Part shown: piece by piece, positions 1 through 10,565 of the stretch
Numbering within the stretch: position 1 is the stretch's first letter
Layout of the letters: each line of letters opens with the position of its first letter
Notes under the pieces: generated by a model
Told to the model about the DNA's origin: nothing
Seen by the model: the letters and a program-made list of their open reading frames with translations, nothing else
Database searches by the model: none
Translations under genes and position numbers: made by a program
Assembly: GCA_943333505.2 (NCBI GenBank)
Contig: CALQTN020000010.1
Coordinates: forward strand, 13,741 to 77,740
Reading direction: 5' to 3'
From: Asaia bogorensis
GTDB lineage: Bacteria; Pseudomonadota; Alphaproteobacteria; Acetobacterales; Acetobacteraceae
Length of the DNA stretch: 64,000 nucleotides

Positions 1-46
1 GCCTCTGCGCCGCAGCGCACCTAAATTCTGGGAATTAGACCGATGA
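1..46 (+). CDS. 3' end of an upstream gene (partial; product not determinable, an hpnI-type gene would fit the context)
   Basis: Frame 2 is open from the window edge to TGA 44-46, which overlaps the hpnJ ATG (43-45) as ATGA. Only 14 codons are visible. Confidence 0.3.
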   Translation, partial: PLRRSAPKFWELDR

Positions 47-1470
47 TGAAGACGCTTTTCCTCCAGCCGCCCTCATTCGACGGCTTCGACGGCGGCGCCG
101 GCTCGCGCTACCAGGCCAAGCGCGAGATCAAGAGCTTCTGGTTCCCGACCTGGCTCGCCCAACCGGCGGCGCTCGTACCCGGGAGCCGCTTGATCGATGC
201 GCCGCCCGCCAAGATCGGCATGGACGTCGTGCTGGCCGATACCAAGAACCGCGATCTTTGCGTGATCCATACCTCGACGCCGAGCTTTGCCTCCGACGTG
301 AAGGTCGCCCAGGCGATCAAGGATGCCAACCCGAACATCAAAATCGGCATGGTTGGCGCCAAGGTCGCGGTGCAGCCGGAAGAAAGCCTGCTGAAGGGCG
401 CACCGATTGATTTCGTCGCGCGCAATGAATTTGACTTTACCATCAAGGATATTGCCGAGGGCATGGATTTCGCCGCCGTCGACGGCATTTCCTACCGCAA
501 CAAGGATGGCGTGATCGTCCACAACAAGGAACGCAAGATCCTTGCCAATATGGACGACCTGCCGTTTGTAACCAATGTCTATAAGCGCGACCTCAAGATC
601 GAAGATTACTTCATCGGCTATCTCAAGCACCCGTATCTGTCGCTCTATACCGGGCGCGGCTGCAAGAGCCATTGCACTTTCTGCCTGTGGCCGCAGACCG
701 TCGGCGGGCATAATTACCGGGTGCGCAGTGTTGAGCATGTTGCCGAGGAAATCCGCCAGTCGCTGAAAATGTTCCCGCAAGTGCGCGAAATTTTCTTCGA
801 TGACGACACCTTCACCGATAATCTGCCGCGCGCCGAGGCGATCGCCCGCGAACTCGGCAAGATGGGCGTCACCTGGTCATGCAACGCCAAGGCCAACGTG
901 CCGCGCAAAACCCTCGAAGTGCTGAAAAATAACGGCCTGCGCCTGCTGCTGGTCGGCTACGAAAGCGGCAATCAGCAAATCCTGCACAATATCAAGAAGG
1001 GCATGCTGATTGAGGTCGCCAAAAGATTCACCAAGGATTGCCATGAACTCGGCATCAAAATCCACGGCACCTTCATCCTCGGCCTGCCTGGCGAAACCCG
1101 CGAAACCATCCAGGAAACCATCCGCTTCGCCACTGAGGTGAACCCGCACACCATGCAGGTTTCGCTCGCCGCCCCCTATCCCGGCACGTTCCTGTATAAG
1201 CAGGCGCTGGAAAATGGCTGGTTGGATGAGGCCAATGCTGAGCTGATCGACGAAAGCGGCGTGCAGATCGCGCCGTTGCATTACCCGCATCTGTCGCATA
1301 GCGAAATATTTGACTCGGTAGAAACCTTCTATCGGAAATTCTATTTTCGCGCTCCGAAGATTGCGTCCATCGTCGGGGAAATGGTGACCAGCCCGCAGAT
1401 GATGGTGCGGCGTCTGCGCGAAGGGGTGGAGTTCTTCCAGTTCCTGCGGGAGCGGAATAAAGCGGCTTGA
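43..1470 (+). CDS. hpnJ: Hopanoid biosynthesis-associated radical SAM protein HpnJ (B12-binding domain + radical SAM)
   Basis: 475 aa. N-terminus MMKTLFLQPPSFDGFDGGAGSRYQ is typical of HpnJ. CxxxCxxC radical SAM cluster in GRGCKSHCTFCLW. Followed by a YdjC/HpnK gene. Confidence 0.85.
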   Translation: MMKTLFLQPPSFDGFDGGAGSRYQAKREIKSFWFPTWLAQPAALVPGSRLIDAPPAKIGMDVVLADTKNRDLCVIHTSTPSFASDVKVAQAIKDANPNIKIGMVGAKVAVQPEESLLKGAPIDFVARNEFDFTIKDIAEGMDFAAVDGISYRNKDGVIVHNKERKILANMDDLPFVTNVYKRDLKIEDYFIGYLKHPYLSLYTGRGCKSHCTFCLWPQTVGGHNYRVRSVEHVAEEIRQSLKMFPQVREIFFDDDTFTDNLPRAEAIARELGKMGVTWSCNAKANVPRKTLEVLKNNGLRLLLVGYESGNQQILHNIKKGMLIEVAKRFTKDCHELGIKIHGTFILGLPGETRETIQETIRFATEVNPHTMQVSLAAPYPGTFLYKQALENGWLDEANAELIDESGVQIAPLHYPHLSHSEIFDSVETFYRKFYFRAPKIASIVGEMVTSPQMMVRRLREGVEFFQFLRERNKAA

Positions 1471-1483
1471 GGAGGCACCGAGC

Positions 1484-1564
1484 GTCATTGTGAGCCCTTG
1501 CGAAGCAATCAATCTTTCTACCATCGCGCATCAAGATGGATTGCTTCGCAAGGGCTCGCAATGA
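1484..1564. repeat. REP-like palindrome: 27-bp arms with a 27-nt loop
   Basis: gtcattgtgagcccttgcgaagcaatc (1484-1510) is the reverse complement of gattgcttcgcaagggctcgcaatgac (1538-1564) with one G-U-compatible mismatch. Lies in the hpnJ-hpnK spacer. Confidence 0.75.
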
Positions 1565-1591
1565 CAGGTTTGGCCCGGTTCTAGCGCCGCC

Positions 1592-2401
1592 ATGCGCTCA
1601 CTAACCTTCACCGCCGACGATTTCGGCCTGTCGGAAGCCGTCAACGAAGGCATCGAGCGCGCCCATCGCGACGGGGTCTTGAACGCCGCCAGCCTGATGG
1701 TCGCAGGTGCTGCCACCGACGACGCTGTGCGCCGCGCGAAACGACTGCCGGGCCTGCGGGTTGGATTGCATCTGGTGGTGATCGAAGGGCCGGCCGCGCT
1801 GCCGCCCGATCAAATCCCCAATCTTGTTGATGCGACCGGGCAGTTTCCATCAGATCAACTGCGCCTTGGGATCAATTATTTCTTCCGCCCTGCGGTTCGC
1901 CGGCAATTGGCTGCTGAAATTCGCGCGCAGTTTACAGCCTATGCCGCAACCGGCTTGCCGCTCAGCCACGCTGACGCGCACAAGCACATGCATCTGCACC
2001 CCACGGTCGGGAAATACCTGATCGGGATCGGGCGAGAATTCGGGTTGGCGCGGGTGCGGGTGCCGGCCGAGCCCGCATCGGTGCTGCGCGCCTGCGGCGA
2101 AAAGATCGGGCTGGGTGCGCGCATTTTGCCGCTTTGGGCCGAATTACTGCGCGCCCAGATCCGTCGCGCCGGGATGTCGGCGCCCGACGCAGTGTTCGGC
2201 CTCGCCTGGAGCGGGGCGATGACAGAGGCGCGGGTGCGGCGCTTGCTGGACAATTTGCCGGATGGCGACAACGAGATTTATTTCCATCCCGCCGCCGGGC
2301 GCGACGCGAGCCTCGATCGGCTGATGCCGGATTATCAGCACGAAGCGGAGTTGAACGCCTTGCTGAGCCCCGAAATTCGGCGCCGCGCGCTCAAACCGTA
2401 A
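1592..2401 (+). CDS. hpnK: Hopanoid biosynthesis-associated protein HpnK (YdjC-like deacetylase family)
   Basis: 269 aa. N-terminus [34 protein letters not shown] is YdjC-like. Directly downstream of hpnJ. Confidence 0.8.
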   Translation: MRSLTFTADDFGLSEAVNEGIERAHRDGVLNAASLMVAGAATDDAVRRAKRLPGLRVGLHLVVIEGPAALPPDQIPNLVDATGQFPSDQLRLGINYFFRPAVRRQLAAEIRAQFTAYAATGLPLSHADAHKHMHLHPTVGKYLIGIGREFGLARVRVPAEPASVLRACGEKIGLGARILPLWAELLRAQIRRAGMSAPDAVFGLAWSGAMTEARVRRLLDNLPDGDNEIYFHPAAGRDASLDRLMPDYQHEAELNALLSPEIRRRALKP

Positions 2402-3152
2402 ACTGCTCCGCGATAATCCGCTCCGAAAGCCCCTGCCCCGGATCGAATAGCACTGTCGCGGCGAGGCTGCGATCTTCGTGCACCGACACTGACATCACGT
2501 CGCGCACTTCGAGCGAGTCCGCCACCGCCGCGACCGGGCGTTTTTCGCCTTCCAGGATTTCGAACAGCACCTCGGCCGAGCTCGGTAGCAACGCCCCGCG
2601 CCAGCGCCGCGGGCGGAAGGCGCTGATCGGCGTCAGCGGCAGCAAATTGGCCGATAGCGGCACAATCGGGCCGAACGCGGACAGGTTGTAGGCGGTCGAT
2701 CCGGCTGGGGTCGAAATCAGCACCCCGTCGCAAATCAGTTCAGCCAACCGCACCTGGCCATCAACGGTGATGCGGATTTTCGCCGCCTGGGCGAGTTGCC
2801 GCAGCAGGGATACTTCGTTGAGCGCCAGGGCTTCATGCACCGCGCCCGCGGTGGTGACCGCCGACATGCGCAGCGGGTGAAGCTGGGCGGGTTGGGCTTT
2901 GGCCAGGCGTTGGGGAAGGTTATCCTCGTTCAGGGTGTTCATCAGGAACCCGACCGACCCGCAATTCATCCCGTAGACCGGGATACCGCGATGCAGCACC
3001 TGATGCAGGGTTTGCAGCATGAAACCGTCACCGCCGAGGGAGACAACGACCTCCGCCGCATCAACCGGTGCTTGTCCATAGCGCGCCACCAGCCGGGCCA
3101 AGGCGTCTGCGGCCATCGGGGCCGAGGACGCCTGGAAGCAGATGGAGTTCAA
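2391..3152 (-). CDS. nadK: NAD(+) kinase
   Basis: [11 protein letters not shown] and [10 protein letters not shown] motifs. The first 84 codons of the supplied ORF (to 3404) are antisense of the neighbouring gene. TTG at 3152 gives [10 protein letters not shown]..., a typical NadK N-terminus, and overlaps the upstream stop as TTGA. Confidence 0.85.
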   Translation of the reverse strand: MNSICFQASSAPMAADALARLVARYGQAPVDAAEVVVSLGGDGFMLQTLHQVLHRGIPVYGMNCGSVGFLMNTLNEDNLPQRLAKAQPAQLHPLRMSAVTTAGAVHEALALNEVSLLRQLAQAAKIRITVDGQVRLAELICDGVLISTPAGSTAYNLSAFGPIVPLSANLLPLTPISAFRPRRWRGALLPSSAEVLFEILEGEKRPVAAVADSLEVRDVMSVSVHEDRSLAATVLFDPGQGLSERIIAEQFTV

Positions 3153-3985
3153 GCAAGTTTCCGCTGGCTGAGCACCGGCATATCGGCCCGAATACGCGCA
3201 GTCAGCGCGGTGTCGATGGTGCTGGTGCACCAGCCCGGACCGTCGGACGACATGGCGACGATGTGGCCCCACGGGTTGGCGATCAGCGAATGGCCGAAAG
3301 TGTGGCGGGTTTCGCCATTGCCTTCGACATGCGGGCCGGACATCGCAGGCGCCGCAATCCAGCACTGGGTTTCGATGGCGCGCGCCCGGATCAGCACTTC
3401 CCAATGGTCCTTGCCGGTTTGCAAGGTGAAGGCCGATGGCAGGAAAATCAGTTCGGCGCCGGCGCGACGCAGTTTGAGGAACATTTCCGGAAAGCGCACA
3501 TCGTAGCAGATCGCGCAGCCGACCGTGACGCCGCCCGCGGTGTAAGTCACCACCTCATCACCCGGCGCGTAGGTCCGGCTTTCGCCGAACACCAGGCCTT
3601 CCGGGGTGGTGATGTCGAACAGATGGATCTTGCGGTAGCGGGCAATTTCGGCACCGGTCGGGTCGAATACCACCGTGGTGTTGAACAGCCGGTCGCCGCC
3701 TTTTTCGCCAATCGATCCGCCATGGACGTGGATTTGCTTTTCGCGGGCGGTGGCGCGGAGGAACTCGTAGGCCTCTCCGCCCGGGATGTTGCTGCCCGGC
3801 GGCGGCAACTCCTCGGCCTGGCGGAACTTGCCGTCGCGGTCGCCGCCCATGCAGGACCAGACTTCGGGGAGGCTGATGATGTCCGGGCGGTCGGCCGCGA
3901 CCGCCCCATCGATCAGGCGGCGCGCCTGGGCAATATTATCGGCTTTGTCAGCGCCCGCATTCATTTGTATCGCACTGACGCGCAT
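3149..3985 (-). CDS. Carbon-nitrogen hydrolase (nitrilase superfamily, Nit/amidohydrolase type)
   Basis: [11 protein letters not shown] start, EVW Glu, catalytic Cys in [10 protein letters not shown]. Start taken at Met10 of the ORF (3985); 4012 is also possible. Confidence 0.8.
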   Translation of the reverse strand: MRVSAIQMNAGADKADNIAQARRLIDGAVAADRPDIISLPEVWSCMGGDRDGKFRQAEELPPPGSNIPGGEAYEFLRATAREKQIHVHGGSIGEKGGDRLFNTTVVFDPTGAEIARYRKIHLFDITTPEGLVFGESRTYAPGDEVVTYTAGGVTVGCAICYDVRFPEMFLKLRRAGAELIFLPSAFTLQTGKDHWEVLIRARAIETQCWIAAPAMSGPHVEGNGETRHTFGHSLIANPWGHIVAMSSDGPGWCTSTIDTALTARIRADMPVLSQRKLA

Positions 3986-4082
3986 TCCAGGCTCCTGTCG
4001 GGGTGGGGTCACCGTTCCGCGCTAAAACTAGCAGATAGCAAGCGTGCCTGCTACTGGAGGGGCAATCTTGCTGGAGTTCCCA

Positions 4083-5213
4083 ATGAAGCTGCTTATTCCT
4101 GGCCCTGTCACCACCAGCCCCGAAGTGAAGGCGGCGATGGCGCAGGATTTTGCCCCTTGGGACAATGATTTCCGTTCGCTTTACGAGCAGGTGCGTACCC
4201 GTGTGCTGGCCATCGCCGGCGGCCAGGCTGCAACCCATACCGTGCTTGGCCTGCAGGGCTGCGGGCACTTCGCCGCCGAGGCTGCGCTCCGCACCTTCAT
4301 GGCGCCGGGCGACAAAATCCTGGTGCCGCTGGTTGGCGCCTATGCCGAGCGGATGGCGCGTCTGGCATCTGAAGCCGGGCGGCAGGTGGTGACGATCCCG
4401 GTTGATCAGCAACGCCCGTTGCAGGCCAAGATCATCGCCGACGCGCTGGCGGCCGATCCATCGATCAGCCATGTCGGCATGGTTTACAGCGAAACCGGCA
4501 CCGGGGTGATCCACGATCCCGCGCCGATCAGCGCGGTGGTGCAGGCTGCCGGAAAGCGGCTGATTGTGGACGCGGTGTCCGCCTTCGGGGCGTTGCCGAT
4601 GGATGTGTCGCAGCATCCCGCGCTCGATGTGGTGATCTTCACCTCGAACAAATGCTTGGAGGCGATGCCGGGGCTGAGCTTCGCCGTCGCCCGGATTGAC
4701 CGGCTACAAGCCTGCACGGGCAACGCCGGAAGCTGGTCGTTCGACTATGCCGATGTCTATGCCAATCTGTTGCGACCCAACAGCGCCGGGGTGTTCCGCT
4801 TCACCCCGCCGGCGCAGGTGGTGGCGTCCTTCAGCGTGGCGCTTGATCTGTTCGAACGCGATGGCGGGCAGCCGGCGCGGCTGGCACGTTATCAGGCCAA
4901 TAGATCGGCCTTGTATGACGGCATGATTGCCATCGGGCTGGAGCCCTGTCTGTCGCGCGCGCTACAAGGCCCTGTTATCGTCAACATCCACGCCCCAGAT
5001 GATGCAGCATGGGATTTGATGGATTTCGTCGACCGGCTCAAACAGCGCGGCTGGCTGATCAGCAATTTCTACAACACGCCGGAGCCCAGCTTCCGGGTCG
5101 GCTGCATCGGCGCCATCACACCTGACGACATGCGGGTGTTTTGCGCGGCGGTTGACTCTGTGCTGACCGAAATGGGTATTCGCAACCGATCCGCCCGCCA
5201 GATGGCGGCCTAA
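4083..5213 (+). CDS. Class V aminotransferase, 2-aminoethylphosphonate:pyruvate transaminase (PhnW)-like
   Basis: [30 protein letters not shown] parallels the PhnW N-terminus. PLP lysine context FTSNKCLE. Length of about 376 aa fits. Confidence 0.7.
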   Translation: MKLLIPGPVTTSPEVKAAMAQDFAPWDNDFRSLYEQVRTRVLAIAGGQAATHTVLGLQGCGHFAAEAALRTFMAPGDKILVPLVGAYAERMARLASEAGRQVVTIPVDQQRPLQAKIIADALAADPSISHVGMVYSETGTGVIHDPAPISAVVQAAGKRLIVDAVSAFGALPMDVSQHPALDVVIFTSNKCLEAMPGLSFAVARIDRLQACTGNAGSWSFDYADVYANLLRPNSAGVFRFTPPAQVVASFSVALDLFERDGGQPARLARYQANRSALYDGMIAIGLEPCLSRALQGPVIVNIHAPDDAAWDLMDFVDRLKQRGWLISNFYNTPEPSFRVGCIGAITPDDMRVFCAAVDSVLTEMGIRNRSARQMAA

Positions 5214-5227
5214 CAAGAGATCCGCAC

Positions 5228-6898
5228 ATGGCCACTGATATTGAAATCGCCCGCGCCGCAACCCTGCAGCCGATTGCCGCCATTGCGGCCAAGGCCGGCA
5301 TTCCGGACGCGGCGCTGATCCCTTACGGGCGCTACAAAGCGAAGATCGATTTCGATTTTCTGCGTGGCCTGAACGACAAGCCGAATGGCGCGCTGGTGCT
5401 GGTTACCGGGATCAGCCCGACGGCTGCCGGCGAAGGCAAAACCACCACCACCATCGGGTTGGGCGACGCACTCAACGCGATCGGCAAGCGGGCGATGATT
5501 GCGCTGCGCGAGCCAAGCCTGGGGCCGTGCTTCGGCGTCAAAGGCGGGGCCACTGGCGGCGGGCAGGCGCAGGTCGCGCCGATGGACGAGATCAATCTCC
5601 ACTTCACCGGCGATTTCCACGCCATCACGTCAGCCAATAATCTGCTGTCGGCGATGCTCGACAATCACATGTACTGGGGCAATGCGCTGGGGATTGATCC
5701 GCGCCGGATCACCTGGCGCCGGGCGATGGACATGAACGATCGGGCATTGCGCCAGAACGTGGTGGGTCTGGGCGGCGGCGGCAATGGCGCGCCGCGCGAA
5801 GAACAGTTCGATATCACCGTGGCCAGCGAAGTGATGGCAGTGTTCTGCCTCGCCCGCGATCTGGTGGATTTGCAGGATCGGCTGGGCCGGATGGTGGTGG
5901 CCAACCGACGCGACGGCAGCATGGTGACCGCGAAGGATTTGCAGGCCGATGGCGCGATGACCGCGCTGCTGCGCGATGCGCTGGCGCCCAATCTGGTGCA
6001 GACGCTGGCCGGATCGCCTGCCTTGGTGCATGGCGGGCCGTTTGCCAACATCGCCCATGGCTGCAATTCGGTGATGGCAACATCGGCCGCATTGAAGATG
6101 GCCGATATTGTGGTCACCGAAGCAGGGTTTGGCGCCGATCTGGGTGGCGAGAAATTCCTCGACATCAAATGCCGCCTTGCAGGCCTTGCGCCGTCCTGCG
6201 CGGTGGTGGTCGCAACGGTTCGCGCGTTGAAGATGCATGGCGGGGTGGCCAAGGCCGATCTCGGCACCGAGGATATCGCGTCGGTGCGGCGCGGGGTGGT
6301 CAACCTCGCCCAGCATGTCGAGAACATGCAGAAATTTGGCCTGCCGGTCGTGGTGGCGCTGAACCGGTTCACTTCCGACACCGACGCCGAAATCGCCGCG
6401 GTGACCGAGGCGATGGCGGCACTCGGGACCGAGGTCAGCCTGTGCACCCATTGGTCCGATGGCGCGGCCGGCGCGGCCAACCTGGCGCGCATCGTGGCGA
6501 AGCTGGTCGATGACAAAGCCGCGCGCTTCAAAACGCTTTACCCCGATGAGGCGCCGCTCGCCGACAAGCTTCGCACCATTGCCCAGCAGATTTATCGCGC
6601 CGACGATGTCGCCATCACGCCGGCCGCGCTGAAGAAACTGCGCGGGTTCGAGGCAGCGGGCTTCGGCAACGTCCCGGTCTGCATCGCCAAGACCCAGTAC
6701 AGCTTCACCGCCGATCCAACGAAATTGGGCGCCCCGCGCGGCCACATTTTGCCGATCCGCGATGTGCGGCTGTCAGCCGGCGCCGGCTTCGTGGTGGCGG
6801 TTGCCGGCGATATCATGACCATGCCGGGCCTGCCACGCCGCCCGGCCGCCGAGGGCATCGGGCTGATGGCGGATGGCGTGATCGATGGATTGTTCTAG
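5228..6898 (+). CDS. fhs: Formate--tetrahydrofolate ligase
   Basis: 556 aa. [15 protein letters not shown]-loop-type motif and full-length colinearity with Fhs as I recall it. Confidence 0.95.
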   Translation: MATDIEIARAATLQPIAAIAAKAGIPDAALIPYGRYKAKIDFDFLRGLNDKPNGALVLVTGISPTAAGEGKTTTTIGLGDALNAIGKRAMIALREPSLGPCFGVKGGATGGGQAQVAPMDEINLHFTGDFHAITSANNLLSAMLDNHMYWGNALGIDPRRITWRRAMDMNDRALRQNVVGLGGGGNGAPREEQFDITVASEVMAVFCLARDLVDLQDRLGRMVVANRRDGSMVTAKDLQADGAMTALLRDALAPNLVQTLAGSPALVHGGPFANIAHGCNSVMATSAALKMADIVVTEAGFGADLGGEKFLDIKCRLAGLAPSCAVVVATVRALKMHGGVAKADLGTEDIASVRRGVVNLAQHVENMQKFGLPVVVALNRFTSDTDAEIAAVTEAMAALGTEVSLCTHWSDGAAGAANLARIVAKLVDDKAARFKTLYPDEAPLADKLRTIAQQIYRADDVAITPAALKKLRGFEAAGFGNVPVCIAKTQYSFTADPTKLGAPRGHILPIRDVRLSAGAGFVVAVAGDIMTMPGLPRRPAAEGIGLMADGVIDGLF

Positions 6899-7504
6899 GT
6901 GATCAGGATTGCCCTTGCGGTTCTGCTTTGGGCGTCCGTCGCCCAGGCCGCGCCGCTAACGGCAGCCGACACCGCCGATATTGCCCGGATCGAAGCGTAC
7001 CTCAACGGCTTCCGCACGATGAAATCGCGCTTCCTGCAAATCGCCGGCAACGGATCGACGACCGAGGGGACCGCCTGGATCAGCCGACCGGGGAAATTGC
7101 GTTTCGAATACGATCCGCCCAGCCCGCTGCTGCTGATCGTCGGCTATGGGGTTGGATTTTTCATCGATACCAAACTCGGCCAAACCAACAACTTCCCGGT
7201 GCTATCATCACCTTTATCGATCCTGCTCGACGACAAGGTGCAATTTTCCGGCAATGTCGAAGTTGACGCGATCGATCGCCTGCCCGGGCAAATCCAGATC
7301 ACGTTGCATCGCGCGAAAGCGGCGGATGAAGGCTCGATCACCCTGGTCTTTGCCACAGCGCCATTGGCATTGCGGTCATGGTCGGTGAATGACGCCCAGG
7401 GCCAGGAAACCCGGGTGTCCCTGTTCAAGACCGAGTTTGGCGGGGTGTTCGACACCAAGATGTTCACCCACACCGAACAGGGTGGCACGCCGCCGTCGCG
7501 CTAA
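6899..7504 (+). CDS. LolA-like outer-membrane lipoprotein carrier family protein
   Basis: Signal peptide MIRIALAVLLWASVAQA. SRPGKLRFEYDPPSPLLLI motif typical of LolA-family proteins. GTG start directly after the fhs stop. Confidence 0.65.
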   Translation: MIRIALAVLLWASVAQAAPLTAADTADIARIEAYLNGFRTMKSRFLQIAGNGSTTEGTAWISRPGKLRFEYDPPSPLLLIVGYGVGFFIDTKLGQTNNFPVLSSPLSILLDDKVQFSGNVEVDAIDRLPGQIQITLHRAKAADEGSITLVFATAPLALRSWSVNDAQGQETRVSLFKTEFGGVFDTKMFTHTEQGGTPPSR

Positions 7505-7512
7505 ATATGATT

Positions 7513-7545
7513 GTTTTTTTGCTTCTTTGTTTTCAAACGAAGAAG
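7513..7545. repeat. Solo copy of an AT-rich palindromic repeat (same family as the arms at 16803-16839 and 16906-16945)
   Basis: gtttttttgcttctttgttttcaaacgaagaag aligns with gtttttttggttctttttgttcacaaaaagaac (16906-) and with the reverse complement of 16803-16839. Confidence 0.45.
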
Positions 7546-7625
7546 ATAATTGCGTCCCTATCTTGTAGGGGGCGTTTCGCGGGCATATGGTTTTCGCCTG
7601 TTGAGTGTGAACTGGTTGCATCCAA

Positions 7626-8399
7626 ATGAAACCGATGATCGGCATTTCCTGCTGCACAAAAACCTTTGGCGTGTTCGGGATGCCGAACCACGCCGCATCC
7701 AACACCTATGTCCGCGCGACGGATCTGGTGGTGGGCGGGGTGCCGGTGTTGATCCCGGCCAACGGGCACAAGGCTGATATCTCCACCCTGTTGTCGCGCC
7801 TCGACGGGCTGATCTTCACCGGTAGCCGGTCGAACGTGCATCCCGATAATTATGATGGCCCGGCCCACGCGCCTGAAACCCCCGAGGACGCGGAACGTGA
7901 CGCGGTAACCTTACCCCTGATCCGGGCCGCCGTTGCCGCAGGCATTCCGGTGCTGGCGATCTGCCGCGGGATGCAGGAAATGAATGTGGCGCTCGGCGGC
8001 AGCCTGCACCAGCGCTTGCAGGACTTGCCGGATCACATCGACCATTCCACCCCGATGTCGCCGATTTCCAAGGTGCGCACTGGCAAGTCGCATCCTGTGG
8101 CGGTGACCGAGGGCGGCTGGCTGCACCGGATCACCAAGTCGCGCCGCATCGCGGTGAACTCGCTGCACAACCAGGGCGTTGATCGGCTCGCGCCGGGGTT
8201 GGTGATTGACGCGCAGGCCGCCGATGGCACAGTGGAAGCGGTACACGTGCTGCACTCCCCCGGTTTCGCGGTCGGCGTGCAGTGGCACCCGGAGTATGAT
8301 TGGGACCACGACGAGAATTCGCGCGGCATTTTCGCGGCCTTTGCGGACGCGGTGCGCGCACGCATGGCCTCGCTCGGGATGCAACAAGCCGCCGAATAG
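7626..8399 (+). CDS. Class I glutamine amidotransferase-like hydrolase (peptidase C26, PuuD / gamma-glutamyl-GABA hydrolase family)
   Basis: Nucleophile Cys in LAICRGMQEMNV. GVQWHPEY His/Glu region. 257 aa. Confidence 0.8.
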   Translation: MKPMIGISCCTKTFGVFGMPNHAASNTYVRATDLVVGGVPVLIPANGHKADISTLLSRLDGLIFTGSRSNVHPDNYDGPAHAPETPEDAERDAVTLPLIRAAVAAGIPVLAICRGMQEMNVALGGSLHQRLQDLPDHIDHSTPMSPISKVRTGKSHPVAVTEGGWLHRITKSRRIAVNSLHNQGVDRLAPGLVIDAQAADGTVEAVHVLHSPGFAVGVQWHPEYDWDHDENSRGIFAAFADAVRARMASLGMQQAAE

Positions 8400-8458
8400 C
8401 GGGCTGGTCCGCAGCTTTCGCAGTGGCGCGGGACGTGCAATCGTCCTAAGCCCCGCCG

Positions 8459-10126
8459 ATGTCGTTCCCCCAAATCCACCCCGTGCTTGATGCGGCCCTC
8501 GCGGCGCGTCTTTATGATGAACCCACGCCCGTGCAATCGGCAGTCTTGCTGGCCAATGCGGATGGCCGCGACCTGCTGGTCTCGGCCCGCACCGGGTCGG
8601 GCAAAACCGTCGCCTTCGGTCTGGCGGTTGCATCGACCCTGATGCCGGATGGCGAAATGCCACCGCATGGCCCGCCGCTGGTGCTGGTGATCGCGCCAAC
8701 GCGGGAACTGGCGCTTCAAGTGCAGTCCGAACTCGCCTGGCTCTATGCTGGCGCCCGCATCGCATCGTGCGTTGGTGGGATGGACATCCGCAAGGAACAG
8801 CGCGCGCTGTACGCCGGCGTTCATTTCGTGGTCGGCACACCAGGCCGCCTCGGCGATCATCTCCGGCGCGGCAATCTCGATCTGTCGCATCTGCGCGTGG
8901 TGGTGCTGGACGAGGCCGATGAGATGCTCGATCTCGGCTTTCAGGAAGAACTCGAATTCATTCTCCAGGCCGCGCCGATCGATCGCCGGACCCTGATGTT
9001 CTCGGCCACCATTCCGCACGACATCGCCAATCTGGCGCGCAAATACCAGCGCGACGCACTGCGCATCGACACCATCGATCGTACTGTGCCGCATGACGAT
9101 ATCGAATACCGCGCCATGGTCATCGCCGCGCACGAGACCGAGGTCGCGTTGGTCAACATCCTGCGCATGTATGAAGCGCCTGGTGCGCTTGTGTTCTGCG
9201 CCACCCGCGAAACCACCAAGCGCCTGCATCTGGCTCTGGTGCGGCGTGGGTTTTCGGCGGTGATGCTGTCGGGCGAACTCAGCCAGCATGAACGGACATC
9301 GGCGCTCGATGCCCTGCGCTCGGGCCGTGCCCGGGTGGGCGTGTGCACCGACGTTGCCGCCCGCGGGCTCGATCTGCCAGCGCTCGATCTGGTGGTGCAT
9401 GCCGATCTGCCGACCAATCCGGAGACCTTGCTGCATCGGAGTGGCCGCACCGGGCGCGCCGGGCGCAAGGGTGTGTCCGTGCTGATCGTGCCGCAGCCCA
9501 AGCGCCGCCGCGCCGAACAGATCACCAATGCCGCCCGCGTCCGGGTCGCTTGGTCGAACGCGCCGGATGCCAGCGACATCGCCGATAAGGATCGCGAACG
9601 CCTGCTCGCCGATCCGATGTTGGAAACCCCGGCCGGCCAGGAACGCGCCGACGCCGAGGCGCTGTTGCTCGCGCATGACCCGGTGGCGATCGCGGCCGCC
9701 CTGTTGCGGCTGTATCGCCGCCAATTGCCGCAAGCCGAAGCGGTCAGCCAGGGCACCCAGCCTACCGCGCCAATGCCGCGTGCGGTCCGTGCGCCCAACG
9801 ACGCGCCAACGGCGGGTAGCGGAGATTTCGTGCAGTTCCGTATTTCAGTTGGCCGCAACAACCGCGCCGATCCGAAATGGATTTTGCCGCTGCTGTGCCG
9901 GGTTGGTGGGGTCACCAAGGCCGATATCGGCGCAATCCGTATTTTTGATACCGACACGCGCTTCGAAATCGCCGCCGAGGTCGCAGACGCATTCGCCGCG
10001 GCCATCGCCGATATGCCAGCCAATGAACCCCGCATCAGCCAGGCCGGCAGTGGCCCGATGCCGGCGCGCCAGCCGTTCCGCGCCAAGCCCGCCAATTCCA
10101 AGCCGTTCCGAAAGCCCCGTGGATGA
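8459..10126 (+). CDS. DEAD-box ATP-dependent RNA helicase with C-terminal DbpA-type RNA-binding extension
   Basis: Q-motif region, ARTGSGKT (motif I), VLDEADEML (DEAD), SAT, HRSGRTGRAG (motif VI). Confidence 0.9.
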   Translation: MSFPQIHPVLDAALAARLYDEPTPVQSAVLLANADGRDLLVSARTGSGKTVAFGLAVASTLMPDGEMPPHGPPLVLVIAPTRELALQVQSELAWLYAGARIASCVGGMDIRKEQRALYAGVHFVVGTPGRLGDHLRRGNLDLSHLRVVVLDEADEMLDLGFQEELEFILQAAPIDRRTLMFSATIPHDIANLARKYQRDALRIDTIDRTVPHDDIEYRAMVIAAHETEVALVNILRMYEAPGALVFCATRETTKRLHLALVRRGFSAVMLSGELSQHERTSALDALRSGRARVGVCTDVAARGLDLPALDLVVHADLPTNPETLLHRSGRTGRAGRKGVSVLIVPQPKRRRAEQITNAARVRVAWSNAPDASDIADKDRERLLADPMLETPAGQERADAEALLLAHDPVAIAAALLRLYRRQLPQAEAVSQGTQPTAPMPRAVRAPNDAPTAGSGDFVQFRISVGRNNRADPKWILPLLCRVGGVTKADIGAIRIFDTDTRFEIAAEVADAFAAAIADMPANEPRISQAGSGPMPARQPFRAKPANSKPFRKPRG

Positions 10127-10536
10127 CCGACGCCGAGGCCCTGATCCGCGCCTACTACGCCGCCTTCAACGCCGGTGACCGCACGGCGTTTCTGGGCTTG
10201 CTGGCCGAGGACGTAGTGCATGACATCAGCCAGGGTGGGCGCGAGACCGGACACGAGGCGTTTGCCCGCTTCATGGCGCATATGGATCGCTGCTACCGCG
10301 AACAGATTTCCGATATCGTGGTGATGGTCGATCCGTCAGGCACCAGGGCGGCGGCCGAGTTCACGGTCGATGGCAGCTACATCGCGACCGACCCCGGGGT
10401 TCCGGCGGGCACCGCGCCGGCGCACGGGCAGCGCTATTCTTTGCCGGCGGGGGCGTTCTTTGCGATCCGCGGCGGTCTGGTGGCGCGGATTGCCAATCAT
10501 TACAATCTGGCTGACTGGGTCCGGCAGGTTCGGTAG
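10123..10536 (+). CDS. SnoaL-like / NTF2-fold (ketosteroid isomerase-related) protein
   Basis: MTDAEALIRAYYAAFNAGDRTAFLGLLAEDVVHD is typical of this family. ATGA overlap with the helicase stop. Confidence 0.65.
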   Translation: MTDAEALIRAYYAAFNAGDRTAFLGLLAEDVVHDISQGGRETGHEAFARFMAHMDRCYREQISDIVVMVDPSGTRAAAEFTVDGSYIATDPGVPAGTAPAHGQRYSLPAGAFFAIRGGLVARIANHYNLADWVRQVR

Positions 10537-10565
10537 CAAGGGCTGGTACCGGGGTTCGCATCAGG

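Noticed and set aside
3153-3404. N-terminal 84 codons of the supplied 337-aa NAD kinase ORF
   Set aside because: This part overlaps the nitrilase-family gene in another frame and is Arg/His/Pro-rich. The NadK-like sequence begins at the TTG at 3152, which overlaps the upstream stop.
8033-9733. 566-aa ORF on the minus strand
   Set aside because: It lies entirely antisense to a DEAD-box helicase with all canonical motifs. The translation is Arg/Gly/Ala/His-rich low complexity with no recognisable domain. This is the typical shadow ORF of high-GC DNA.
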